DNA of 64,000 bases from Escherichia coli (GTDB lineage Bacteria; Pseudomonadota; Gammaproteobacteria; Enterobacterales; Enterobacteriaceae): NCBI RefSeq assembly GCF_030013205.1, contig NZ_CP122648.1; one strand, 5' to 3'. The notes under the pieces were generated by a model. That model had not been told where the DNA came from. It saw only the letters and a program-made list of their open reading frames with translations, and did no database searches. The stretch's first letter is position 1. Every line of letters begins with the position of its first letter. This document shows positions 34,878 through 45,844 of the stretch, piece after piece. Made by a program: the position numbers and the translations under genes.

Positions 34878-37800
34878 TCATTTTCCTAATTCTCCAGCTA
34901 AAAGTTCAGCCTGCTTCAAAACAGTCTCTGTGGCGAGCAATGACATATCAGGCGGATAACCATATTTTTTGAGCAGACGTTTTACCACCACGCGAATTTT
35001 TGCTCTTGCTGCTTCTTTCACTGTCCAGTCAAGACTGACATTGTTGCGGATAGCCTCCGTAAGTACGACTGCCAGTTCTCGTAGTTTTTCCTTTTCCATT
35101 AACTCGCGAGCACTGTCGTTATCTGCAACAGCAGAATAGAAGGCATATTCATAAGCGCTGAGGTTTAACTGGCTGGCAAGGCTGTCAGATTCCTGGATAG
35201 TCTTGGCAAGCTTGATTAGCTCATCAATTACCTCCGCTGCGGTCAGTACCTTGTTCTGGTAGCCATTGATTGCAGAGGTCAGCATATCAATCAGTTTTTT
35301 GCCTTGGGTGATACTTTGATTCGAGCGAACCTTGATCTCGTCAGAAAGCAGTTTTTTAAGCGTTTCCAAAGCAATATTTCTGTGTTGGTAATCCTTCATT
35401 TCCTGAAGGAATTCTTCAGAAAGAACGGAAATATCAGGTTTTTGTATCCCAGCAGCGTCAAAAATATCAACAACTTTATCGGTAACCAGAGCCTGATCGA
35501 TAGTCTGTTTTACCCGAACTTCGAGACTGTCATTGTGTTCTTCTTCTGATCCGTCTGAGTTTTCAGTAAATTTATTCAGTCTGGCTTTTACTGCCTGGAA
35601 GAATGCTACTTCGGGTGCCGCTTCCATTGCTTTATCGTGCGGTGTCGCCAATGCAAATGCCTGCGATAAGGCTGCAACCGCAGCGAGGAAACGCATTTTA
35701 CCTTTACCGTTATCCAGCCCTAAAATATGGTTTTCTGATTCAAGAATAATTGTCAGGCGTTGTGAGGTAGTTGCGGCAAAGTAAGCTTTGTAATCGTATC
35801 CATGCATCATGCCTTCCAGGATTTCCAGCTTTTCCTGCATGAGCGTTACGGCTTCTTCCTGAACCTCAGCAGGATCTCCACGTCCACCTGCATCAGAGTA
35901 AAAGGAGAGGGCTTCTTTTAAATCAGAGGCAATGCCCAGATAGTCAACAACCAGACCGCCTATCTTATCTTTATACACACGGTTCACACGGGCAATTGCC
36001 TGCATAAGGTTGTGGCCTTTCATTGGTTTGTCGATATACAGCGTATGCATGCTGGGAGCGTCGAAGCCGGTTAACCACATATCACGCACTATCACCAGTT
36101 TCAGCTTGTCGTCGTCATCCTTCATACGGTTAGCCAGAACCTGACGTTCTTTTTTTGTGGTGTGGTGTTTGGCAATTTCTGGCCCGTCAGCAGCAGAAGA
36201 GGTCATGACGACTTTTATTATACCGTCATTTAAATCATCGCTGTGCCATTCAGGTTTTAAGGCTATGATTTCTTTATATAGTTCAGCAGCAATACGGCGG
36301 GACATGGTAACAATCATGCCCTTACCATGATCGGCATTGGATTTTAAGCGCTGCTCAAAGTGCAGAACCATATCCGCCGCAATCGCTTTAATACGTTTTG
36401 AACTGCCAATCAAACCTTCGATTCTGGCCCATTTAGAACGTTCTTTTTGCGTGAGCGTCAGTTCGTCCTCGTTAAACTCATCATCAAAGTCTTCAATAAG
36501 CTGACGACCTTCATCACTGATGGCAATTTTGGCAAGACGGCTTTCATAAAAGATACGAACTGTTGCACCATCTTCAACGGCCTGCGAGATATCGTAGATA
36601 TCAACATAGTTACCAAAAACAGCAGGCGTGTTGACGTCCGTTTTTTCTATGGGGGTTCCGGTAAAGCCGAGATAGGTCGCATTAGGTAAGGCATCACGCA
36701 TATATTTGGCAAAGCCGTAAACGGTGCGTTTACCTGTTACGTTGCCTTCGCTGTCTTTCACGTCAACTTCTTTGGCGCTGAAACCGTACTGGGAACGGTG
36801 TGCTTCATCAGCGATAACGACAATATTGGTTCTGTCTGACAACAACTCATAGATATTGCTGCCATCATCAGGCTGGAATTTTTGAATAGTAGTAAACACC
36901 ACACCGCCAGAGGCGACACGCAAATATTCTTTGAGTTCTTCCCGGTTGTTGGCCTGTTTTGGTGTCTGACGAAGTAGCTGGGTCGCGGAAGAGAACGTAC
37001 CGAATAGCTGATCATCTAAGTCGTTACGGTCAGTAATCACAACAACTGTCGGATTATCCAGCGCCAGCACAATTTTCCCGGTATAAAACACCATCGAAAG
37101 CGATTTACCGGAACCCTGAGTATGCCAGACTACGCCCGCTTTGCGATCTCCGGTTTTTTGCGCATTAACAAGATCTTTACTGTTACGTCCCTGCTGGCGC
37201 AGTGCCACTTCGGCAGAGGGGGAGTCCGCATTCACCGCTGAGGCACGAATAGTGGAAAGAACTGCTGCATTGACCGCGTAGTACTGGTGATAAGCCGCCA
37301 TTTTTTAACAGTACGGATACTGATAATCCCTTTGCTGTCTTCATGTTTGCTGGCCTCAAACACGATAAAGTGGCGGATTATATCCAGCAGCGTTACAGGA
37401 TTAAGCAACCCCTGTAATAAAACTTCAAGCTGTGGTTGGGTACTGGTGGCTTGCGTTTTACCGTTAGCAGTTTTCCACGTCATATAACGACTGAAATCGG
37501 CAGAAACCGTCCCCGCTTTGGCTTCCAGCCCGTCAGATATCACATTAAAAGCATTGTAGTTAAACAGACCGGGGATTTGGTTCTGATAGGTTTTAATCTG
37601 ATTATAGGCACCTGTTACCGTTGCATTTTCGTCAGCGGCATTTTTAAGTTCGATAACGACTAATGGCAGGCCATTGATGAATAAAATAAGATCAGGTCGG
37701 CGGGTATGGTTGCCTTCTTTGATGGTGAGCTGATTAATGACCAGAAATGCATTATTAGTGGGATCGTTAAAGTCGATCAGGCTGGCCAGTTCTCCTTGTG

Positions 37801-38116
37801 TATTACCATCCTTGCTGACTTCGATATTGATTCCTTCGGTCAAAAGGCGATGAAAGGTTAGATTGTTTGCCATTAGGTCAGGTGAGCTGATCTGCATCAC
37901 CTGTTTTAGAGCTTCTTCACACTTCTGCTCACTAAGGTGCGGGTTAATTCGTTGCAATGCTGTACGCACTTTATCTTCAAGGATAACCTGCTGATAGCTA
38001 CGTAACGGATTGATTCCACTGGGTTCAATGTCCGGGCCGTAAACATACTCATAGCCCAGCCCTTGCAGGTGCTCAATTGCCATTACTTCAATATCGGATT
38101 CGGTCATCTTTGCCAT
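34878..38116 (-). pseudogene. hsdR: Type I restriction enzyme R subunit HsdR, disrupted by a frameshift in an A6 tract
   Basis: Two overlapping minus-strand ORFs (37232..38116 N-terminal part; 34878..37301 C-terminal part with DEAH box [14 protein letters not shown]); frames switch at the AAAAAA run at 37295-37300; restoring A7 gives continuous …[20 protein letters not shown]…. Confidence 0.8.
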
Positions 38117-38174
38117 GCGTACTGTCCTTATTGCCGCTTAACCAGAGAGCGGGCTGTACACCCGCATAATTATT

Positions 38175-39368
38175 TTATGCTACTGATGCGATTGCTTCTT
38201 CCGCATACTGAACCCGTACTTCGCCGCTCATCAGTTTGGGAAGGAGAGTGTCGCGCAGAGATTCTATGTTTTTAATTTGTGAGTTGTTAATACTTATTTT
38301 TTTCCAGAAGAAATCAATCTGTGTAGTGAATTCTTTCACCATACACTCCGGGGGGAGTTTGAATTCTGGGCGTTGTAATCCGTCAGCCGACAGCTGATTT
38401 ACAGTTGAACCGTTAGTTGCAGCAACAACTTGCTCATGCATATCTTTGGAGCAAAGTAAATAGTACAGAAAAGCATTGGTTAAGTAACTATCGTCATTGA
38501 TGCTGATTTTAAATAAATGATGCGTATATATGGATAATTCGCTTTCTGTTTTTGGAATTATAGCAGGATACCCTATGAGTCGATATTCATGGCCCTGTTC
38601 TGTATTGGCTACAATGATATCCCCAGGCTTTATAATATGCCTTTCTTTAAAATCACCATTGTAGTATTTTATACCTGCACTCTTATAACCACCGCCCTCA
38701 AGTACTGAGTTCAAACTAAAAAGTGGAATGCCGTTATCTGACGTGGTAAGGCCGGCTCCCTTGTAGCTTAATCCCTTAGCTACTGTAATATGACAATCAA
38801 GAGTCGTTATTTCCCAATCCGCATGCGTCTCTTCAATAAACCACTGTCTAAATAGGGTTTCTGCCATGGATTCCAGAGTTTTATTCTGGCGATGAAGCAG
38901 GTCTATTTTGTCTTTAAGAGAGGACAAAATAGAGGCGATGGCTTTTTGTTCAGATTCATCAATTGGTAAGTAAAGAGGAATCAAATTTAGCGATGCTTTA
39001 TTTAATTTTGGTTGAGCAGCACCTGTTAAATAAGGAGATAGATCAAGTTGTGAAAAATATTGGATTATCAATGCCGTTAAATGGGGCTTTTTAGCTTTAA
39101 GGACATGAGCGTGATTATTAACCCAAAATTTTCCAGTAGCTTCAAATGCTATAGGTGTTTTTCTGGACTTTAAGTTTTCTCCATCTTCAGAAATAAGGAT
39201 GTAGCTGCCATCAAAAATATAATTGTCGATATAATCGACAATTCCTGACGCTCCATAATATGGAAAATTTCCTTTCTTATGGGCTCGTTCCATAGCACTC
39301 AAAGGAATTCTTTGTGCGTTGCAAAAATCTGCTAATTCAGTTATACAAAAATTTCTCCACCTACTCAT
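38175..39368 (-). CDS. hsdS: Type I restriction-modification specificity subunit HsdS
   Basis: 397 aa; position between hsdM and hsdR; 4-nt overlap with hsdM stop. Confidence 0.85.
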   Translation of the reverse strand: MSRWRNFCITELADFCNAQRIPLSAMERAHKKGNFPYYGASGIVDYIDNYIFDGSYILISEDGENLKSRKTPIAFEATGKFWVNNHAHVLKAKKPHLTALIIQYFSQLDLSPYLTGAAQPKLNKASLNLIPLYLPIDESEQKAIASILSSLKDKIDLLHRQNKTLESMAETLFRQWFIEETHADWEITTLDCHITVAKGLSYKGAGLTTSDNGIPLFSLNSVLEGGGYKSAGIKYYNGDFKERHIIKPGDIIVANTEQGHEYRLIGYPAIIPKTESELSIYTHHLFKISINDDSYLTNAFLYYLLCSKDMHEQVVAATNGSTVNQLSADGLQRPEFKLPPECMVKEFTTQIDFFWKKISINNSQIKNIESLRDTLLPKLMSGEVRVQYAEEAIASVA

Positions 39369-40912
39369 AAAACCACCTTCGCCAGATTATCAACGATGGC
39401 TCTGTTCAGACGCGCCTCTTCTTCCAGTTGCGCTTCAAACTCAGCTTTAAGAGCCGTAAAGCGTTCTTTAAAGTCGAAATCGTCTTCTTCATCAGCAAGA
39501 CCAACATAACGGCCAGGTGTCAGCACATAATCGAGTTTAGCAACTTCAGCAATGTCTACTGACGCACAGAAACCAGCGACGTCTTCGTAGTCGCCACCTT
39601 TGTTACGCCAGTTATGATAGGTATCAGCGATGGTTTTTATATCGTCGTCAGAAAGTACTTTGGTACGACGATTAATTAAATGACCGAGATTACGGGCATC
39701 AATAAACAGAATTTCTTTACTACGATCACGATACTGGTTGCTGTTATGACGGTCACGGCGCATAAACCATAATGCAGCAGGGATCTGAGTATTCAGGAAC
39801 AGCTTTGCCGGTAAGTTGACGATACAGTCAATCACATTGGCATCTTTTACCAGTGCAGCACGAATATCACCTTCACCAGAGCTTTTAGAAGTTAATGCCC
39901 CTTTTGCCAGAACAACACCCGCTTGCCCTTTAGGAGACAAGTGATACAAAAAATGTTGCATCCATGCAAAGTTAGCGTTGCCAGCAGGTGGAATGCCATA
40001 TTGCCAGCGGGCATCACCACGAAGCTGCTCACCAGACCAGTCGGAAACGTTAAACGGTGGGTTAGCTATGATAAAATCAGATTTCAAATCTTTGTGAGCA
40101 TCGTTAAGAAATGAACCTTCATTATTCCAGCGAACGTGTTCAGAATTAATCCCACGAATTGCCAGGTTCATTTTTGCCAGACGCCAAGTGGTCTGGTTGG
40201 ACTCCTGCCCATAGATCGAAATATCGTCAATATTTCCCTGATGTGCTTCTACAAATTTTTCTGACTGAACGAACATACCACCAGAACCACAGCAGGGATC
40301 AAAGACACGGCCTTTATAGGGTTCCAGCATGTTAACCAGCAGGCTTACAATAGATTTTGGCGTATAGAACTGGCCGCCTTGTTTGCCTTCTGCCAGTGCA
40401 AATTCACCTAGGAAGTATTCGAATACGTGACCTAAAACGTCAGCAGAGCGTGCTTTGGCATCTCCTAGTGCAATGTTGCCAATCAGATCTATCAGCTCAC
40501 CCAGAACAGTGGCGTCGAGGTTTTGTCGGGCATAGACTTTCGGCAACACACCTTTTAACTGTGGATTGCCCGCTTCGATAAGCTCCATCGCATCATCAAC
40601 CATCTTACCGATTTCAGGAAGCTTGGCCTTAGAAATCAGATAGTTCCAACGTGCAAGCTCAGGGACAAAGAAAACGTTGTAAGCGGTGTACTCGTCTTTG
40701 TCTTCCGGATCAGCACCTGCGAACTCGCCTTTACCGGCTTTCAGCAACTCATAATGAGATTCAAAAGAATCAGAAATGTACTTAAGGAAAATGAGGCCTA
40801 GTACGACGTGCTTGTACTCGGCTGCATCAATGTTTTTACGCAGTTTGTCTGCCGCTTTCCACAGGATGACCTCTAACGGGTCTGTTTTGATTTCTTTAGG
40901 TTTTCTGGCCAT
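39365..40912 (-). CDS. hsdM: Type I restriction-modification N6-adenine DNA methyltransferase HsdM
   Basis: 515 aa; AdoMet-binding [11 protein letters not shown] and catalytic NPPF motifs. Confidence 0.9.
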   Translation of the reverse strand: MARKPKEIKTDPLEVILWKAADKLRKNIDAAEYKHVVLGLIFLKYISDSFESHYELLKAGKGEFAGADPEDKDEYTAYNVFFVPELARWNYLISKAKLPEIGKMVDDAMELIEAGNPQLKGVLPKVYARQNLDATVLGELIDLIGNIALGDAKARSADVLGHVFEYFLGEFALAEGKQGGQFYTPKSIVSLLVNMLEPYKGRVFDPCCGSGGMFVQSEKFVEAHQGNIDDISIYGQESNQTTWRLAKMNLAIRGINSEHVRWNNEGSFLNDAHKDLKSDFIIANPPFNVSDWSGEQLRGDARWQYGIPPAGNANFAWMQHFLYHLSPKGQAGVVLAKGALTSKSSGEGDIRAALVKDANVIDCIVNLPAKLFLNTQIPAALWFMRRDRHNSNQYRDRSKEILFIDARNLGHLINRRTKVLSDDDIKTIADTYHNWRNKGGDYEDVAGFCASVDIAEVAKLDYVLTPGRYVGLADEEDDFDFKERFTALKAEFEAQLEEEARLNRAIVDNLAKVVL

Positions 40913-41039
40913 TAGCGTAACCTTATGAAGGGGGAAGATGGCCCTATTTTGCCTTAAAGTTCCGCTTGTTACGAGCTTATACAGCGATTAATTATTATCT
41001 GGTTTTAGTGTGTTCGTGTAGCTCAGCAAGTGCAATGAC

Positions 41040-41400
41040 TCATGGAGTAAATGCTTTGTAGCGGGATTGTAGATGTCAGGTCATTGCCGTCAATGGAGCC
41101 AGTGTCATTGGCATAATTGCTGCACAGCCGATGCCACGCGCACATTCGCTAGTTCACTGTGGTTCATCGTGTGTACTACACCAGTACGCAGTCCGGGAAG
41201 TAACGGCATGGCAGAATCGTTTGTAAAGACGTTCAAGCGGGATTATGTGTACGTAGATGATCTGCTGGATGCAGTCTAAATGATGGAAACAATGGCAGAA
41301 TAGATAGAGGATTATAATAATCTGCATCCACACAAGGGGTTGAACATGAAATCGCCACGCGAATATCGTGATGCCATATTAGCAGTTAATTAGCCGTGTC
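41040..41400 (+). pseudogene. IS3-family (IS2-like) transposase OrfB C-terminal remnant
   Basis: Short frames translate to …TPVRSPGSNGMAESFVKTFKRDYVYVDDLLDAV and …DYNNLHPHKGLNMKSPREYRDAILAVN, resembling the end of IS2 OrfB; no intact ORF. Confidence 0.6.
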
Positions 41401-42508
41401 CGTTTTAGCAGGGACAACTCCAGTATTCAAAAAAGCTTTCTTAGTGCATATGCATGAGGTGAATAGATGTACAGGCTATGACAAACCATAGTTGTAATTT
41501 TTAATGTTTAAAATTCTCCGTTACAGTAGGACATTCCTTGTACATTAAATTCCATCTAAGGTTGAATTTTTAATTTAATAAGGTCGCAATCTAAAATGAT
41601 GTGTATGGGGTTATTTGTAAGATGATTTTTTATTTTTGATAGTGGTGATTAAGGGAGCGGGTAATGTTTGTCTATTCAAAAATATAGAGATTCAAGGTTG
41701 GTAGCAGTTTGGCTTCTTTTATAACCGAAGGGCAGAAAAGCAAGGGGAACTCGAAGAAGCAAGCGCAGCGGCTTCGCAGAGTTAGCCCTTGCTTCTCTTA
41801 TAATTGGCATTATTCATTCAAGAACAATAGGATCTTCGCTTGTACAAGCGAAGCTATAATAAAAACAATCAATTAATAATTTTAAAAGTATTAAACAAGA
41901 ACCTATTGACATTCATAAAATACAAGTTATTTATAATGTATGCCATAAATAAAAAGTTTTATGTCATATGTATCCTGCACTATGTGCAGTTAATGTACCA
42001 CTTGTCCCATAGATGGGAATATTGGAAAGGTTACTTTGTTTTGAAGTAGCCTTTCGTCCTTCAATATTAACGATTACTTATTGCTATTACCAAGTCCAGT
42101 CGAATCGAAGAACATCTTTTATCTGAAACGACTCCTAATACCCGGTTAAAGCCACAATATCTCTCGCATACGTAGACCAAAGAAAAATTATGATATTAAC
42201 TATGTGATTTTTTTTAGTGTTAAGTTGAATAATTAAATACTGGAGAGTTTTCTGTGCACTACCAATTGCTGGTTCATCTGTTCTGCCGCTGATGTTTCTG
42301 ACGAATCTCCCGGTGACACAGAACTGTCCCTCTCTACCAGCCTTTATTCGACTCAATGTCCGGCTGCTGATACGCAGTTATCCCTTCGTATCAATGACTG
42401 ACACTTAAACGTAATGCTTTGGTTGCTGGCGTATCTGACAGCTTCTTCGGCGTGAAGGTCGTTGTGTAAGTATACTTCTTGGTTTATTTAGGCTATATAA
42501 AACCATGA

Positions 42509-43405
42509 CTATGACTTGCTGTTTTCAGTAAGAGTCTTATCATCCAAAGAATTTATTCTAGAAATTCTTTTTAACTCATTAAGATAATCAACCTCGTTTT
42601 CTAAGAACCAATGAAGAACTTTAGAATTGCCAAGTAATTTATTAATATATGACTGGATTATAACGAATTTCAACATATCTGAACCATACTCGGTTTGAAG
42701 CTTTTTCGTTTCTTCCGAAGTTGTTGCCATTTCTTGTTCCAGACGAAGTATGGTTTTTTTTATGTCCTTTTTATAGGGAGTGTTTTTCCCTTTATTTACT
42801 ATCATCGATGCCGGTGTTGCATCCAAGATGCTCATTGCAAATTTTTTACTATAATTATCAAAATTAATCATTGTACCGACTGCTTCAATTTGGCGAATTG
42901 GCTTCATTTTCCTCAAAACGTCAAATGTAGCCTTAGGTATAGGTTTATCAGAAAGTTTCGCAATTACACTTGGATCTATGCCGTTCATCACATTCGCTTT
43001 ATCTTTTATGGCATCAACAGATATGCCCAAAGCAGCACTAAGTTTTTCAATTGATACTTTTGCCAGAGACTTAATTATCATTCTATGTTCTTCAACTACA
43101 TTTATATGATTCACTTGTTTGTTAGGAGTGAAAGCATCATCTATGCTCGAAAGTATACATGGAGCTTTTTCTATACCTAAGTCTTTTAAAGCCTCAACCC
43201 TTAAATGGCCATCAAGTATCTTAGTGACATCTTTATCTTTGTCATAGAATACTATTATTGGTTCAATAATACCTAAGCTTTCGATAGAGGTAACTATTTG
43301 ATGATATTTATGGCTTCGCTTTACGTTTTCTAATAATTCCTTAGATGGAATTAACTTATTAGTTTCCAGGTAAATAAAATTATCGCCAAAACGTATCTGA
43401 ATCAT
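42509..43405 (-). CDS. ParB/Srx-fold protein (ParB N-terminal-like domain), function unknown
   Basis: 298 aa; ParB-like GxxR-containing segment …IIVFYDKDKDVTKILDGHLRVEALKDLGIEKAPCIL…; start overlaps upstream gene stop by 4 nt. Confidence 0.6.
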   Translation of the reverse strand: MIQIRFGDNFIYLETNKLIPSKELLENVKRSHKYHQIVTSIESLGIIEPIIVFYDKDKDVTKILDGHLRVEALKDLGIEKAPCILSSIDDAFTPNKQVNHINVVEEHRMIIKSLAKVSIEKLSAALGISVDAIKDKANVMNGIDPSVIAKLSDKPIPKATFDVLRKMKPIRQIEAVGTMINFDNYSKKFAMSILDATPASMIVNKGKNTPYKKDIKKTILRLEQEMATTSEETKKLQTEYGSDMLKFVIIQSYINKLLGNSKVLHWFLENEVDYLNELKRISRINSLDDKTLTENSKS

Positions 43406-44298
43406 TTTAATACCTCTTTGTTTACTGGGGTTAATATCTGAGATGGTAGTTCTGAAAGATTCTCTTGTTCAAGTATATGTTGAAAGCTTTTATTTATCAT
43501 TATGATGTTAAAAATCTCATTTACTATTAGTAGGTTGGTTTTTATGAATTTTGAGTTGTTATAAACAGATTTATGTTCAGCGATACTATTTTCATAAAGC
43601 TCAATCAACTCCTCTGCAGTCATCCTTTTTGATGGTTTGTGATAATAAAATCCGGCTGCTTTTGCACCTTTATTCCCAACTGTTCTTTGATTTAGAATGT
43701 GTTTTATCTTTATAATGTCCCGACTTTTTATTAATTTTTTATCATATGCTTCGGTAAGAATATCTTGTGCTTCCTCAGTTTCACATCTTGCAAATTGCAC
43801 TGCGAGATACAGAGGCAAATTACCCCGTTCGACTGCTGAGAGAAGTTTATGCTCTCCCTTATCAAGTAGCATATTAATACTGCTCACCCAGTTCGATGAA
43901 TATCCAGTAATCTCACTTATTTCGGAGTCTGAAAGTCCTCTGATTTTCATGTCTTTAATCACCTGTAATAACTCATTAGAACGTGGTCTTCTCCTTGCAA
44001 TGTTTTCAACTAAACTCATAACGTAAGCATCTTCTTCTGATACATCTCTTATAATTGCTGGAATAATAGTTTCACCTAATGCAACGAGAGCCTCTATTCT
44101 CCCTTGACCACAAATTAAAGCATATTTGAAATCGCCTTCATCAATAGCTCTTACGCTTATTGGCTTGCTTAATCCTCTTTTTTTTATGCTTTCCTTTATT
44201 TCTTCATGCACTACCTTATTTCTTGTTCGTGGGTTAAGAAATTTTATTTTTGCAATCTCAATTTGAATTATTGGGAATTCATTTTTTTCAGGCAGCAT
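43402..44298 (-). CDS. ParB/Srx-fold protein with HTH, function unknown
   Basis: 298 aa; ParB N-terminal-like segment …FLNPRTRNKVVHEEIKESIKKRGLSKPISVRAIDEGDFKYALICGQGRIEALVALGETIIPAIIRD… then HTH-like region; GQGR replaces the canonical GERR box; overlaps recombinase gene by 11 nt. Confidence 0.65.
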   Translation of the reverse strand: MLPEKNEFPIIQIEIAKIKFLNPRTRNKVVHEEIKESIKKRGLSKPISVRAIDEGDFKYALICGQGRIEALVALGETIIPAIIRDVSEEDAYVMSLVENIARRRPRSNELLQVIKDMKIRGLSDSEISEITGYSSNWVSSINMLLDKGEHKLLSAVERGNLPLYLAVQFARCETEEAQDILTEAYDKKLIKSRDIIKIKHILNQRTVGNKGAKAAGFYYHKPSKRMTAEELIELYENSIAEHKSVYNNSKFIKTNLLIVNEIFNIIMINKSFQHILEQENLSELPSQILTPVNKEVLK

Positions 44299-45844
44299 AT
44301 AGTTCCCTCACTTTCATGCGAGTAATAATTTGTAGAAGTTTATCAAGATTATCAAATCTATAGAGATCTAATCGAATGTTGTTTGTTTCCGTCATGCACA
44401 TTTTATTATATTCGTTTTCAATCTTTGGTATGATATAAAAATCAAGAGGTGAAATATTTTGTGAATTCATTCGTATAACAATTGTTATGTCTGCTTTCTG
44501 TGAGTTATCAAACCGGACTTTCCATCTAAGTTTACCTGATTTCATATGTATGCATTTAGTAACAAGGACGGAAATTAAAAACTCATCATTGATGTAAAGC
44601 ATTGGGGCATATTTATACTCGTCTATATGACAGTTACTTTTTAAAATTTCACCCTTAAAATCCTCAATTATCTCTGAGTAAAATGATCTTAGTGCTTCAT
44701 TTATTTTGAGATAGCTGTAATCATGTTCTGGCTTATAACCAATCAAAGTATATGCTCTTAAAAGACCACCAAATCGGGTTCTATAAACAGAAGATGAAGG
44801 GCCTGTATCATCTTCATCAATGATAAAGCCTGATAGTTTTCCATTAGATTCTAATTTTTGTTTTAGTTTTTCTAATAGATCTTCATTAGTCAAATGAATG
44901 GATCGGAGCTGAATTATTTCTTGAGCTTTATTGTATTTTTTCTTTGAAATAATAGGTTTATATGCCTTGTCACATCTAACCCATTCATGTTTGGGGTTTT
45001 TTACAAGCCTACTTTTTAATTTAGATGAGGTTTTGTTATATATGTTGTTTCCAATATATTTTTCATTTGTCAAAATTTGATGTATTTTTGCACGAGTCCA
45101 TAATGTTCCATTTTCTGCAGGTATGTTCTGTTCATTTAATCTCTCAGCAATAATGAATTCTGGGACGTTATTATCTATAAAGAGATCATATATTCTATTT
45201 ACAATTTTTATTTCATTTTTTGGTCCCGGAATTAATATTACCCTATCTGTTTGAATACTCTTTCTTTTGCGGAAACTCAATATTTCTTTAGCTATGCCAT
45301 TTTCGTCTACTAAAAGACGTCTCAGCCCATAACCAGCCATACCGCCTTGATGATAACCAAGCTTTATTAAATTTACTTGCCCTATAAATACCTTTTCAGA
45401 TAGATTCCTGCTGTGATATGCAGCACTAGATCTTTTTATATTCAGTATAACAGAGGACTCTAAAGGGAAATCTTTAGTGGGTATAGGTTCGGAACAATAT
45501 ATAAGATCTACACCATTTCTCTCAAATAGAAAGGAATAATATGCCGCTTCATCACTATTTTGAAAACGACCAAAACGGCTCACATCATAAAATAATACAG
45601 CCTGTATATCTATTTTCTTTTGTTCTACATCGCTAAGTAACTGCTGCAAAGAATGCCTGCCTACGATACTGACTCCGCTCTTACCTGCATCATCGTAGGT
45701 ATAAGCGATTTCCATATTGTTCTTTTCAGCATAATCTTTGATATATTCGGACTGATTATGTAAAGAATATTGCTGATGGTCGGTAGACATCCTCAAGTAC
45801 TGCGCGACCCTAACTCTATGATTTTTGTCATTTTCGCTAGCCAT
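44288..45844 (-). CDS. Large serine recombinase (resolvase/invertase catalytic domain plus recombinase domain)
   Basis: 518 aa; motifs YLRMSTDHQ (catalytic Ser), DDAGKSG, YDVSRFGR, and recombinase-domain WTRAKIHQILTNEKYIGNNIY. Confidence 0.75.
   Translation of the reverse strand: MASENDKNHRVRVAQYLRMSTDHQQYSLHNQSEYIKDYAEKNNMEIAYTYDDAGKSGVSIVGRHSLQQLLSDVEQKKIDIQAVLFYDVSRFGRFQNSDEAAYYSFLFERNGVDLIYCSEPIPTKDFPLESSVILNIKRSSAAYHSRNLSEKVFIGQVNLIKLGYHQGGMAGYGLRRLLVDENGIAKEILSFRKRKSIQTDRVILIPGPKNEIKIVNRIYDLFIDNNVPEFIIAERLNEQNIPAENGTLWTRAKIHQILTNEKYIGNNIYNKTSSKLKSRLVKNPKHEWVRCDKAYKPIISKKKYNKAQEIIQLRSIHLTNEDLLEKLKQKLESNGKLSGFIIDEDDTGPSSSVYRTRFGGLLRAYTLIGYKPEHDYSYLKINEALRSFYSEIIEDFKGEILKSNCHIDEYKYAPMLYINDEFLISVLVTKCIHMKSGKLRWKVRFDNSQKADITIVIRMNSQNISPLDFYIIPKIENEYNKMCMTETNNIRLDLYRFDNLDKLLQIITRMKVRELYAA

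Noticed and set aside
41840-42356. Small ORFs (69 aa plus-strand, 73 aa minus-strand) in the AT-rich spacer as possible toxin-antitoxin or small-protein genes
   Set aside because: Low-complexity AT-driven translations without recognisable RBS or domain features; the region is better explained as non-coding regulatory or binding-site DNA.
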